From: the human T2T-CHM13v2.0 reference genome, Homo sapiens
Assembly: GCF_009914755.1 (NCBI RefSeq)
Contig: NC_060941.1
Reading direction: 5' to 3' (one strand)
DNA: 64,000 bases
A model generated the notes under the pieces. The model saw nothing but the letters and a program-made list of their open reading frames with translations, made no database searches and was not told the DNA's origin. Shown here piece by piece: positions 50,729 through 64,000 of the stretch (its first letter is position 1; each line of letters begins with the position of its first letter). A program made the position numbers and the translations under genes.

Positions 50729-51345
50729 CTAGAACAAAGAGAAGAAGCACGGAGGTAGAGGGAGATATGGAACAGAGAGGGTAGGCGGGCCGGCTGTATA
50801 TGTAAACCATGATGTGGAACTTAGATTTTATCCAGAGCTCAGTGGGAGATTTTATCCAGAGCTCAATGGGGGATCTGTGGGAGAGTTTCAACTGGGGGAG
50901 TAACATGACCAGGTTTGTGTTTTAGAAGGCTCATTCTGGCCCTAAGGTGGATGAATGGATTAAAGTGAGTCGGAGGAGGCCAGTTAACAGGTTGCAGCAG
51001 CAGATAGCCCAGCTCAGAGTGGATGGTGACTTGGACTAAGGAGGGGCCAACGGGTGGAAAGATATGGTCAGATTGCGGTGATTGCCACTGTCAGGATTAA
51101 GTGAGATATTTAAAGTGCCAAGCCAATGTGTGAAGATATTGAAGTGCCTACCATAGTGCATAAGGATATTTATAGTGCCTGGCACAATGCTTGACACATC
51201 GTAAGTTGATTCCCTTCCTCTTTCTTCTCATGGCCTCCCGGACTAAAAACAGTCCCTCCCCATATCCTGTACACACTTTCATTAAAACAGCTATTAAAAA
51301 TCCTTACACTTTTTACCCTCTATCCCTGTATCCTCATTAAAAACC

Positions 51346-51672
51346 AGCACTGTCCAATAGAGATAGAATGTGAGCCACCAATCACGCTACATATATAATT
51401 TAAAATTTTCCAGTAGAGACATTTAAAAAGTAAAAAGACACCATTCACATTAATTTTAATCATATATAAGCAAATACATATAGAATGTTACATTTCAACA
51501 TGTAATCAATGAAAACAATGATTATTAGGATAGTTCACTTTCTTTTTTTCATGCTAAGTATTCAAAATCTGATGTGTGTTTTAGGTTTACAGCACATGTC
51601 AATTCATACTAACCACATTGTAAGTGCTCAACAGCTACATGTGGCTGGTGGCTACCATATAGGACAACACAG
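51346..51672. mobile_element. MER33-type hAT-Charlie MITE
   Basis: cagcactgtccaataga...catgtggctggtggctaccatataggacaacacag. Confidence 0.8.
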
Positions 51673-51764
51673 TGCTAGACTGTAAACTCCTGGCAGGAAG
51701 GGCCAGCTTGTATCCCCAGGAACAACTTAGTGCTCGACACATAGTAGATGCTCAATAAATGTTT

Positions 51765-52180
51765 ATTGGATAAAAAGATGACAGGATGGATGGATTAATG
51801 TATGGATAGGTGGATGGGAGAAAGGATGGATGGATGGATGGATGGATGGAAGGAAGGATGGATGAATGGATGGATGGCAGGATGAATGGCAGGATGAATG
51901 GATGAAGGAAAGAAGAATAAATGGATGGATGGATGGATGGATAGAAAGAAGGATGGATGGACAGCAGGATTGATGGCAGTATGGATGGATGAAGGAAAGA
52001 AGAATGAATGGATGGATGGACAGATGGATAGAAAGAAGGATGGATGGACAGCACGATTGATGGCAGTATGAATGGATAAAAGGAAAGAAGAATGGATGGA
52101 TGATGGATGGATGGATGGAAAGAAGAAGAGCTGGATGGTAGGTTGACAGGATGGGTGGATGGGTGGATGGATGGATGAGG
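51765..52180 (+). repeat. Complex (GGAT)n simple repeat with a higher-order ~88-bp unit, at an L2 3' end
   Basis: gatagaaagaaggatggatggacagcaSgattgatggcagtatg occurs at ~51940 and ~52027. It follows an L2 tail (ctcaataaatgtttattg). Confidence 0.9.
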
Positions 52181-53172
52181 AGATCCCTTTCAGCTTTGGG
52201 GAAGAGATAGTGTTGTAGCTGAGTCTGAAAGATGAGCAGGATGACAACAGTTAAGGATGATGGGCTGCAAAAGGCAAGCATGGAAGGAACCAAAGCATGG
52301 CAAAGGCAAGGAAAAGTGATATCAGGAAATGGTGGGAAGTAATAGAGTTTGGTTAAAGTATGTAATGCCTGCTGCACAAAAGAAAGTGGGAAGTGATCCT
52401 GGAGATTCCTAAATCTGACACCAAACCCTATGTACAACAGGGAACTCCCAAGCTTCTAGCATTGTTTGCTTCAGTCAATATTTGAGGGACAGATGAAAAG
52501 AGAAATGAGAGGAAGAAGTAACGTAAAGGAGGAAATACTAACAAAAAGAAAGAAAAATGTTGACAAAGTGGTAAGAATTACTGGTTTTAGTGTTAGCAAA
52601 TAACAAGTAATAGGAAAGCTTACCAGAGGACCCTTGCCATTATCCTTTCCATCCTGATGGAAAGAGGAACAGGTCACAGGAGGCGAATAGCTTGAGAAGC
52701 CTGAAGTCTGGTCAGTAGATCAGTGGTTAGAAAATAATATAGTGTTGTTGGTCTCAGAGTTTCTGCTGTTCCCTGATGGATCAGACCTGTAGGGAATGTG
52801 GTGCATTTGCTGGTACAGAGGGCCCAAGCTTGACATCAAGCCTGATTGTTGTCACATGACACAACATTGCTGCCACCTCCTTTTTAAGGAGCCAGGGCTG
52901 GTTTGCTTCCTTTCTGGTCAGTCCTACACATCGAGCATTAGAGGAAATCAAGATATTGCCCTGGGTTTGTTGAAAATAGATATTATTCTTCAGGCAAAAA
53001 AGTATGTGGGCATCTCATTGGAAGTTGTTTGCAAAATCCAAATCAGTTGTTTTCTTGAAAGATATTTTTATCAAAAGCTTTAAAACATCCTTTGTGATAC
53101 TGGGAAAGTTCCTTAACCTCTCTGAGCTTCCATTTACTTGTCTGAAAAACAGGGATAACAATACTTACTTCA

Positions 53173-53496
53173 GGCTGGGCACGGTGTCTCACACCTGTTA
53201 TCCCAGGACTTTGGGAGGCCAAAGTGGGAGGATCACTTGAGCCCAGAAGCCAAAGTGGGAGGATCACTTGAGCCCAGCCTGAGCAAAATAGGGACACCCT
53301 ATCTCTACAAAAAATTTAAAAATTAGCCAGGTTTGGTGTTGGGTGCCTATAGCCCCAGCTATCTGGGGGGCTGAGGTGGGAGGATCGCTGGAGCCCAGGA
53401 GGTTGAGGCTGCAGTGAGCTATGATGCAGCCACTGTGCTCTAACCTGGGCAACAAAGCAAAACACTGTGTCAAAAGAAAGAAAGAAGAAAGAAAGT

Positions 53497-53540
<44 letters not shown>

Positions 53541-53553
53541 AAAGAAAGAGAGA
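53173..53553 (+). mobile_element. AluJ-like element with an internal 29-bp tandem duplication and (GAAA)n tail
   Basis: gccaaagtgggaggatcacttgagcccag at 53218 and 53249. Confidence 0.9.
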
Positions 53554-54145
53554 AAGACCTACTTTATAAGGTTGCTGTAAGGTTAAATACAATAAACTAA
53601 CACTTGTAAAGGTTTTAGCACAGTGGCATTTGTAAATATCTTATCACAAACTAGCAGTCAATAGTGTCACTCTTTATTATTGCTATTATATTTATCATCG
53701 TTATCATTACCATTTGGAAAGGACTTGTACATAGCCTTTGCCTTTCAAAGGAAGTGTGTAGTGCTCTTTTGTTATTTTCTATAGATGTATATTAATGAGT
53801 GTTGTTCCTTGCTTGGAGTTTTAAATGATACAGAAACAATACATAACTGCAGAGGAAATAATCTAAGCCTATCAAAGTTCTTATAAAAAGTAAAGAAAGA
53901 ATGTAATATAGAAAGACTGCTAATTAGAAGTTGTACACCCAAATAGACCATACCAACAGCCCTTACACAGAAAGATCCACTCTGATAGACATGCAGATAC
54001 CTGTACACGCTTAGCAGCATTTACTCTGCATATCTAAGCAAGATAAATTGGAAGGGATAAGGGATAATCATGATATTCATGATGTGCCTTGACTGCAGGC
54101 AGGTGGTAATCTGCTGCTGCAGGTAGGATGGATGGCATGGGGGGG

Positions 54146-54498
54146 TGATATGATCTGGCTGTGTCCCCACTAAAATCTCACCCTGAATTGTAGTAATCCC
54201 CATGCAAAAAGGGCGGGGCCAGGTGGAGATAATTGAATCATGGGGTTGGTTTCCCCCATACTGTTCTTGTGGTAGTGAATAAGTCTCACGAGATCTGATG
54301 GTTTTATAAATGGGAGTTTCCCTGCATAACCTCTCTTGCCTGCTACCATATAAGACGTGCCTTTGCTCCTCCTTTGCCTTCTGCCATGATTGTGAGGCCT
54401 CCCCAGCCATGTGGAACTGAGTCCATTAAACCTCTTTCCTTTATAAAGTACCCAGTCTTGGGTATGTCTTTATTAGCACATGAGAACAGACTAATACA
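54146..54498 (+). mobile_element. THE1 (MaLR) solo LTR
   Basis: TGATATGATCTGGCTGTGTCCCC...GAACAGACTAATACA, TG..CA ends, 5-bp TSD ggggg. Confidence 0.93.
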
Positions 54499-54710
54499 GG
54501 GGGTAAACATCTGGACTCAGCAATCAATTAAATTGGCTCCACCACTTACAACTGTGTCCTTAGACAAGCCACATGACATCTCAAGACCTTAGTTTCCTCA
54601 TCTGTTAAATGGCAATGATGATAGCACAGACTGAATGAGATTGTTTTAAGGATTAAATAAGACAATGCATGCAAAGACTTGGCCTACCATTGGGCTCTTA
54701 GGAGGCTATT

Positions 54711-55031
54711 CTTTTCTTTTCTTTCTTTCTTTTTTTTTTTTTTTTTAAAAACAGTCTCACTCTGTCACCCAGGCTGGAGTACAATGATGCAATCTCAGCT
54801 CACTGCAGCCTCGATCTCCTGGGCTCAGGTGATCTTCCCACCTCAGCCTCTTGGGTAGCTGGGACTAAAGGCATGCACCACCACACCTGGCTAATTTTTT
54901 GTATTTTTTTTTGTAGAAATGAGGTTGTGTCATGTTGCCCAGGCTGGTCTCGAGTTCCTGGGCTCAAACCATCCACTCACCTCACCCTCCCAAAGTGCTG
55001 GGATTACAGACATGAGCTATCACACCTGGCC
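54711..55031 (-). mobile_element. AluJ-like
   Basis: Full Alu reverse complement. Confidence 0.9.
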
Positions 55032-55980
55032 ATATCTAGCTATTCTTAAGTGCTCAAACTTGAATCTTATTAAGCGTCTGAATCTACTAATTTACAGAAA
55101 ATACAGAGGACAGAAGACCATGTTAAACCATACCAGAGTAATGCAATCGACGAAATCCAGGATGTAGAAAGCGTCACAGAACAAACAGCCTGGCTTCTTC
55201 AACCAATAAATTGCAAGTAAAGGAAACAACAAAGAGATGGGCCAATGCTATAGATTAAAAGATACTTAAAAGATACATCAACCAATTGCAACGTGTGAAG
55301 CTTTTTTGGGAGCCTGATTCAAATAAACAAACAGTTTATGAAACAATGGAAAACAAGTAATTTATGAAACAATCGGAAATTTGAATGCAGACTGGATATT
55401 AGATGATATTAATAAAGTACTGTTAATTTTTAAATGTATGGTAATGCTATCGTCGTTATGTAAAAATAAAGAATCCTTTTCTTTTAGAGATGGGCACTAT
55501 AAAATTACAGATGAAATAATATGGTGTCTGGGATTTGCTGTGAAATAGTATGGGAGAGAGTATAGAAAGAAGTTTGTTCATGAATTGTTGAAGTTGACTA
55601 ATGAGTATACCGCTCTCTCTTTATTTTTGGATATATTGGAAATTCTCTATGAAAGAAACCTTAAAAATTACTTTGGTTGATATGATTTTTATTGGGAGTG
55701 CCAAATCCTAGTGGGGAAAAATGAGATCCTGGAGAAAATAAGAAATTGTTCAGCTTGAATGTTACAATCCTCATAATCTAGTGTCAACCCACCTTCTCAA
55801 TTCACGCCTCGTCCTTCAACACAGATGTTTCTCCCAGTTATCACCTCCAGTTGGTCTTGTCATCTTCTTTGCTTCTTTCTGGCCATCTTCCCCGCTTTGT
55901 TTGTACTATTTCCTCCTGGAAGGCCCTTTCTCCGCAAATTCACCAGGCCTGGTCCTCCCCACCCATCAAGACTGAACCCC

Positions 55981-56704
55981 AGCTGGGCATGGTGACTCAC
56001 GTCTGTAATCCCAGCACTTGAGCCCAGGGGTTCTGGACCAGCCTGGGCAACATGGCGAAACCCTGTCTCTACAGAAAAACAAAAAGCAAAAATTGATTGC
56101 ACGTGGTGGCAGGTGCCTGCAGTCTCAGCTACTCAGGAGGCTGAGGTGGGAGGATCATTTGAACCCAGGAGGCAGAGGATGCAGTGAGCCAAGATCACGC
56201 TGCTGCATTCCAGCCTGGGTGACAGGGGGAGATTCATCACCATAACAACAACGGCAACAACAAAACTGAGCTCAAAGTTCACCTTCGCCCTGAAGCTTCT
56301 CTGAATACTTTAGCCAAAATTTTTTTGAATTCAATAGTAAATGTCGGCTCAATTCGTGATCCCGAATCTGCCTCAAGTACATGTGCAGTCTCATCTCTCC
56401 CCTCTCATAGATAATCCTGAAAACTGGATTAAACCCAGTTCCCTGAACATAACCCACGCTTTCTCGTTACTTAGATTTTGATCACAATACCTTCTCTGCC
56501 AGGGCCTCTCTGATGTCTCCATCTATTGAAATTCTATCCATTCTTGGAGGCTTATCTACCAAAAAGTCCTCCTCCACCAGGAAGTCTTTCTCTACCTCTA
56601 CTCCCAACACACCTGCAGCCCAACTAAATGTGATCCTGTTCTTTTAATTTCTAAAATGGTATTAAAGTGTTGGTGGAAAACAGTCACTGAGCCCTTTTGT
56701 TTTG
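55981..56704 (+). repeat. Left arm of inverted duplication (AluJ-like 55981-56260 plus ~445 bp partly L2-like sequence)
   Basis: 56261-56648 is the reverse complement of 57967-58354, gapless, with 41 mismatches in 388 bp by manual count. Confidence 0.95.
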
Positions 56705-56709
56705 AATTG

Positions 56710-57120
56710 ACCCATAATAATTGTATATATTTATGGGATACAGTGTGATGATTCCATGCATGTATACATTGCGTAATGATCAAATCATGGTATTTAACAT
56801 ATTCATCATCCCAAACATGTATCATTTCTCTGTGATGAGAACATTCAGAATCCTCTCTACTTATTTTGAAATATATACTATTTAATATGATATCATTTAC
56901 CGTAGTCATCCTGCTGTGCTACAGAACTTATTCCTCCTATCTAACTGCAATTTTGTACTTGTTGACCAATCTTTCTCCATCATCCCGTCTCCGCTAACTT
57001 CCCTAGCCTCTGGTAACCACTATTCCACTCTGTACTTCTATAAGATCAGCTTTTTTCAGATTCCACAAATAAATGAGATTTACAGTATTGTCTTACTGTG
57101 CTTGCCTTATTTCATTTAAT
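56710..57120 (-). mobile_element. L1MA-type 3' end in the spacer of the inverted repeat
   Basis: aataattgtatatatttatgggatacagtgtgatg...cctagcctctggtaaccactatt. Confidence 0.85.
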
Positions 57121-57309
57121 ACCCAGTGACCACTTTGAGAATCTCATGGGAACTATGGACCTTCACTCTCCTTTCCATTTGCACATGTGTTTGCATGTGC
57201 AATGTTATAGTTGATTTTGGGGGGAAGGCTCATGAACCCAGGTTAAATTCCTGTCTTGTTCCCTTTCATATAACACTTACAATCTTTCTGGTGTTCACAT
57301 TATTTGTAA

Positions 57310-57654
<345 letters not shown>

Positions 57655-57908
57655 TAAAGTGAAAAGCATACTTTCCTAACGTTTGCATCCCCCATAGCAC
57701 CTCACATAATGTTGCATGCATTTGAAGTTCTCAAAAAATGTTTGTTGCACAGTCAAATTCGACTCATTGGGTGATTGATTCATGTTAATAATTGTGTAAT
57801 CAACCACTTGCTTTTTAAAACCTGCTCCTGGCTCATATTAGCTTTTCCAGTTTGTTTCTTTATATCTTTTCTTTTCTTTTTTTTTTGAGACGGAGTCTCA
57901 ATTAATAA

Positions 57909-58649
<741 letters not shown>

Positions 58650-59132
58650 ATACATCTTTTCTACTAGGGAACAGAATCAAGGGGCCGTTTTCAGATTTGT
58701 GCAGCTGCTGAAAATCTTAGGGTAATTGTGAGGCATCGGTGGCAGAGGCTGGAACGCCACACTGGACTTTGCATTAGGCTCATCTAAGTCCTTGATATCC
58801 TCAGCACCCCAAGTTTCTTGACCCAATCGTGCAGCAAACATTAGACCTGCCAGGGCAAATGGCATCTTATAGGCACCTTGGGATAATTGCGGGCTCTCTC
58901 GACAATTTTCTACATGAGGGCAGATCTGGTGTCTTGGCAGAGCGTGTGGCCGCTTCCATCACTGGTCTCGGGGGTGTTACAAGGCCCCATCAGCCCAGAA
59001 ACCCTTCCCCATGGTTTTACTGTGGCACTGCCCATCTATCTGCCGCAAACCTCCCGTCATCCAAGTGACTCTTTTGGCTTGAACCATAACAATGGAGAGT
59101 CACCATAAGATAGTATCTGTCACTTGGGAGTG

Positions 59133-59618
59133 TGTGATGGTTAATACTGGGTGTCAACTTGATTGGATTGAAGGATGCAATATTGATCCTGGGTGTGTCT
59201 GTGAGGGTGTTGCCAAAGGAGATTAACATTTGAGTCAGTGGGTTGGGGAAGGCAAACCCACCCTTACTCGGGTGGGCACCATCTAATCAGTCACCAGTAA
59301 ATATAAAGCAGGGAGAAAAACGTGAGACAGTGAGACGGGCCTAGCCTCCCAGCCTACATCTTTCTCCCGTGCTGGATGCTTCCTGCCCTCGAACATGGGA
59401 CTACAAGTTCTTCAGTTCTGGGACTCGGGCTGACTCTCCTTGCTCCTTAGCTTGCAGACGGCCTATTGTGGGAACTTGTGATCGTGTAAGTTAATGTTTA
59501 ATAAACTAACAGGATGTATGTTAGTTCTGTCCCTCTAAGAGAGCCCTGTTCTGTTCTGACAGTTCTGTCCCTCTAGAACTGTGAGTTCTGTCCCCCTAAG
59601 AGAACCCTGACTAATACA
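59133..59618 (+). mobile_element. MLT2A (ERVL) solo LTR
   Basis: TGTGATGGTTAATACTGGGTGTCAACTTGATTGGATTGAAGGATGC...GAACCCTGACTAATACA, 5-bp TSD gagtg. Confidence 0.93.
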
Positions 59619-59654
59619 GAGTGAGGGGATGGATTTGCTAGTCAAGTTAGCTAA

Positions 59655-60132
<478 letters not shown>

Positions 60133-60952
60133 GCCCCAAATTTTATAGTTAGTTGTGCAGAGTTTTTGGCACATCAGGACACAGTGATTCCTGCTCTCCC
60201 TTAAATGTGCTCATGAAATGAGATTTTCCGATTTCCTTCCATTTAACACATTGACGGTTGCGAGCCCACTAATAATAGCACTATTTTCCATCCCTGGTAT
60301 ATGAAAGTTGGCTGCAGGCTGGAGACACAGAGGCCCTGCCTAGGAACCCAGCCTTCTCAAAAGGGCAGCAGAGCTAGAGTGTGCCCTTCAGATGAGCCTG
60401 TGGAATCACAGAATCCAGACCTCTACAGATGGAAGAGGCCAAAGATGCCACCTAGACATCATTTCACGGATGAGGTACCAAGCTGGAGACTTGCACCAGA
60501 TGACACAGCAAGTCAAGGCAGAGCTGGGACTCAGCCCTAAGCCGCGTGCCCGCTCCCCATCCACAGCTTTCTCTGTGTCCTCATTGCCAGTCGTGGCAAT
60601 TTTATGGTGCACCTACCATGTGGGAAGCACTGTTTCACATGCTGGAAAAATAATACAGTGCATTTCAGTAAAGATCGCTAGAATTCAGAAGATGCTGGTG
60701 TGTTTCAGTGGGGGCTTGGGGAGTGATGGGAAAGAACCTGGGGGCATGGGACTTATGTTCAGTTCAGACAGAGTGTGGAGAGGAGAACATTGAGTGTCAG
60801 GATGATGGGGGAGCCAGACCTAGAAACTTTTGGGAGATTAAACAGAAAGCTGCCCACTCTTCCCCCAAAGTGTCTATTTACAAATCACAGAGACCTACTG
60901 TTAGCTTCTCTTCCCCACAACGCCTGACAGCCTATAAAAATGACAAAAACTC

Positions 60953-61249
60953 GGCTGGGCATGGTGGCTCATGCCTGTAATCCCAGCACTTTGGGAGGCT
61001 GAGGCAGGCAGATCACCTAAGGTCCGGAGTTCGAGACCGGCCTGACCAATACGGAGAAACCCTGTCTCTACTAAAAATACAAAATTAGCCGGGCCTGGTG
61101 GTGTGGCTGTAATCCCAGCTACTCAGGAGGCTGAGGCAGAAAAATCCCTTGAACCCAGGAGGCGGAGGTTATGGTGAGCCAAGATTGTGCCATTGCACTG
61201 CAGCCTGGGCAACAAGAGCAAAACTCCGTCTCAAAAAAAAAAAAAAAAA
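60953..61249 (+). mobile_element. AluSp-like
   Basis: cctgaccaatacggagaaaccc, ggcaacaagagc. Confidence 0.9.
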
Positions 61250-62332
61250 GCTGAAAACTTTTTCCATGTTTCCAACCAGAAGGCCAGAGGCTCTTGGCTG
61301 ATGTTATAAAGCAAGGTAGTATCCAGATAGTGTCTACCGAGGTGGTTAAACAAAGATGCTTTGGAGATAGGCAGCCTGAATTCACATTCCAGCTCGTGAC
61401 ATTGAGCAAGCCACTTAAACTCTCTGGGTCTCTAGTGTCACGATGTACGTGAAGGAATCTCTGTACGTACAGTGGTTAACACGGTGCCTGGCCCACAGGT
61501 AATGCTTACAGTAAGTGGTAGTTGTTAACAGTTTTGGTACTTGCCTCGTCTGTCTCCCTAGACCTGGCTCTGGGGTCAACAGGAAGTTAGAGACAGATGA
61601 GTTCTCCCAGAACATACCTGGATCAAGACCTATTAAAAGTTTCTTTATCTCTCTTCATTGTCACATCTTTCATTTCAGGGAAAATTTGGAGGAGCTAAAT
61701 TGGGAATGGAAAAGTTGCATCTGACAAAAGGTATGTGCAAACACATGTTTGCAAATGAGGTCAAGATTTCAAAATACCCCGTCTCTGACAGATGAGTCAA
61801 GCCCCACGCAGTGGTCTTACTATTTCCCACGTATGACGGCACATTCTCTCAGCGACCGATAGCATCGTCTGCCAGGAGTTATACTGGAGGGAGTTACTCA
61901 TTGGAAAATGTGGCTGCATTGCCCAGATTGAGATCGCAAGTTGGACTTCCAGGGATTTCACCCAAAATAAGCTGAATTCCTCAGTTATAATTGTCCAAGG
62001 GATACAGCCAAAGAATCTGTATGCCAGACCAGCACTGGCTCCTGCTAGGGCAAGTGAGGGTGCAGACAGGGGATGGTTGTGGTTCTCAGCAGGGGTGTGA
62101 GGGACACTAGGTTTGTCTGACCCGCAGGCTTTTTCTACCAAGGACTGTCGCCAACTGGTCAATCTTTCATGCTTTGACTTAGTTATTTGCTCACTCCCTC
62201 AGCAACTATTTTTTGATCACCTAATAATAATAGCTTACACTTGCTTAGCATTATTATGTGCCAGGCAGGTGCTAAGCACCTTATATGTGGTAGCCCATGT
62301 CATCCTTCCAACAGCCCTATGAGACAGGTGTT

Positions 62333-62620
62333 TGTCTTAGTCAGTTAGGGCTACTACAGTAGAATTCCGAATACTTATTTCTTACAGTTTGTAAGTCTGG
62401 AAGTCCAGGATGAGGGTGCCAGCTTGGTCAGGTTCTGGTGAGGGCCCTCTTCCAGGTTGCAGACTGGCAACTTCTCTGTGGATCCTCACATGGCAGAAAG
62501 AGGGCAGGAGAGCTCTCTGGGGTCCCTTTTATAAAGGGACCAATCATTTACTGTCACATTGGAGGATCAGGGTTTCAACATGTGAACTTGGGGTGGGGGA
62601 ACACATTCTGCCCCTTACAG
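62333..62620 (-). mobile_element. MaLR LTR (MLT1A/MST-type) within MIR-like sequence
   Basis: gtcttagtc...ctggaagtccaggat...ttctggtgagggccctcttcc...cctcacatggcaga. Confidence 0.75.
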
Positions 62621-62798
62621 TCTTATACAGCAGGGTCAAAAATGTTAGCTCAAACTATAACTGAGATGGGTAGACCAACGTGAATGTTTTACTTTGTCTA
62701 TAACTCATCTGGCTTCTTCCTCAGCCCCCATCCCCTTCACTCACATGTGATCGGGGTAGAATGAGCTAAGTGGCTAATATAATTAGAATCTCTGTCCA

Positions 62799-63139
62799 GG
62801 CCAGGTGCGGTGGCTCACGCCTGTAATCCCAGCACTTTGAGAGGCTGAGGCGGGCAGATCACTTGAGGTCAGGAGTTCGAGACCAGCCTGGCCAACATGG
62901 TGAAAACATGTCTCTACCAAAAATATAAAAAATTAGCTGGGTGTGGTGGCACACACCTGCAATCCCAGCTACTCAGGAGGCAGAGGCAGGAGAATCACTT
63001 GAACCCAGAAGGCAGAGGTTGCAGTGAGCTGAGGTCACGCCATTGCACTCCAGAGCCTGGGCAACAAGAGTGAAACTCCATAAAAAACAAAACAAAACAA
63101 AAACACTCCATCTCAAAAAAAAAAAAAAAAAAAAAAAAA
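62799..63139 (+). mobile_element. AluS-like element with doubled 3' end
   Basis: actccat plus A-rich tail occurs twice (~63075 and ~63105). Confidence 0.88.
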
Positions 63140-64000
63140 GAATCTGTCTGATCTGATCATTTAAGTAGCCCGTTTAGGTAGCACTCATTCTCCTTAAGAT
63201 AAATACTCAGGAGAGTCTCTCAGATAGCCCCTCTTTTTGCATCCCTGCTGTTTCCTACCCTCAGATAGTGTTGGGGTGTGTGGGGAAGGTGTGGGGCTCA
63301 CTCCACCTGCTGGCAGTGGGAAGCTTTGGAGTCGTTGGTGTAATGTCCTCTGGCCCCCAGGGCTGTGTCCTGCATCCCCTCATTTGATATCTTAGCACAC
63401 GTCATTTTCCTCCTCCTATACCTACCCAATAAGACCATACTCCTCCACCCAGCTTCACGACTCTCCCTGCCAGGGGTGGCATCCTCACCTTCCAACCTTC
63501 TCTTCTATGTTTCCAATTTGTTCCTCAAAATCCAGCTTAGATCCACTTCCACCTTCATAAGATCTTCCGGGCACCGTAGCCTGAACACTCCCTTTTTCTG
63601 AACTTCTGGATCATAGCAACTAATTTTGTTCACCAATTATGTCCTCATCTGAGATCTCTCCTTTCTTATTGTTTCATGAAGTTACATGTATCTCTTGTTG
63701 TTGTGTAATATTTATAGTTTGTTTGAGAGCATGGGTGATGCCTTATATTTTGTTGAATTTCCTAAATCTAATCTGGAGTCTAGCACAGAGAAAGAACCAG
63801 GTGTTCACAGACAAAGAGTTCATATCCTTGTTTATGAGAAGCTCCTAAAAATAGAGGAGAGGAAAACAACCCAGTAATACCCCAGGAGAATGGGCTAGAG
63901 GTATGAAAAGATAATTCGCAGAAAAAGAAATGCAAATGGTCCTAATCACACACACACACACACAAGCTCAACCTCACTCAGAATTAGAATAATAAAACAT

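Noticed and set aside
51752-52437. ORFs of 100-224 aa with PSIH/HPS repeats
   Set aside because: Translation of the (ATCC)n simple repeat.

Overview
Primate (very probably human, chr17p13.1) genomic DNA with the 5' end of MYH10 (non-muscle myosin heavy chain IIB) on the minus strand. It contains the CpG-island promoter (~41.6-43.7 kb), non-coding exon 1 (donor after 42751), coding exon 2 (35377-35002, ATG at 35346), exon 3 (17078-16922) and a 28-nt exon 4 (1192-1165). The gene continues past the left edge. The rest is intron and upstream intergenic DNA dense in Alu, L1, L2, CR1, hAT/Tigger fossils and MaLR/ERVL solo LTRs, and nearly all other ORF-track entries are repeat-derived or GC-rich noise. 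No prokaryote-type system, CRISPR array or RNA gene was seen. The most unusual structures are: (1) a ~2.7-kb inverted duplication upstream of the gene with a gapless 388-bp core at ~89% arm identity, bracketed by a THE1 LTR and an MLT2A LTR that both carry DUX4-type motifs; (2) a recursive-splice/microexon signature with a UGCAUG in intron 2; (3) a GCCACC-AUC micro-uORF in frame with the MYH10 start; (4) a templated 235-bp insertion inside an Alu; (5) a RUNX/GATA/ETS motif cluster next to exon 2. Repeat subfamily calls are by eye and their boundaries are approximate.
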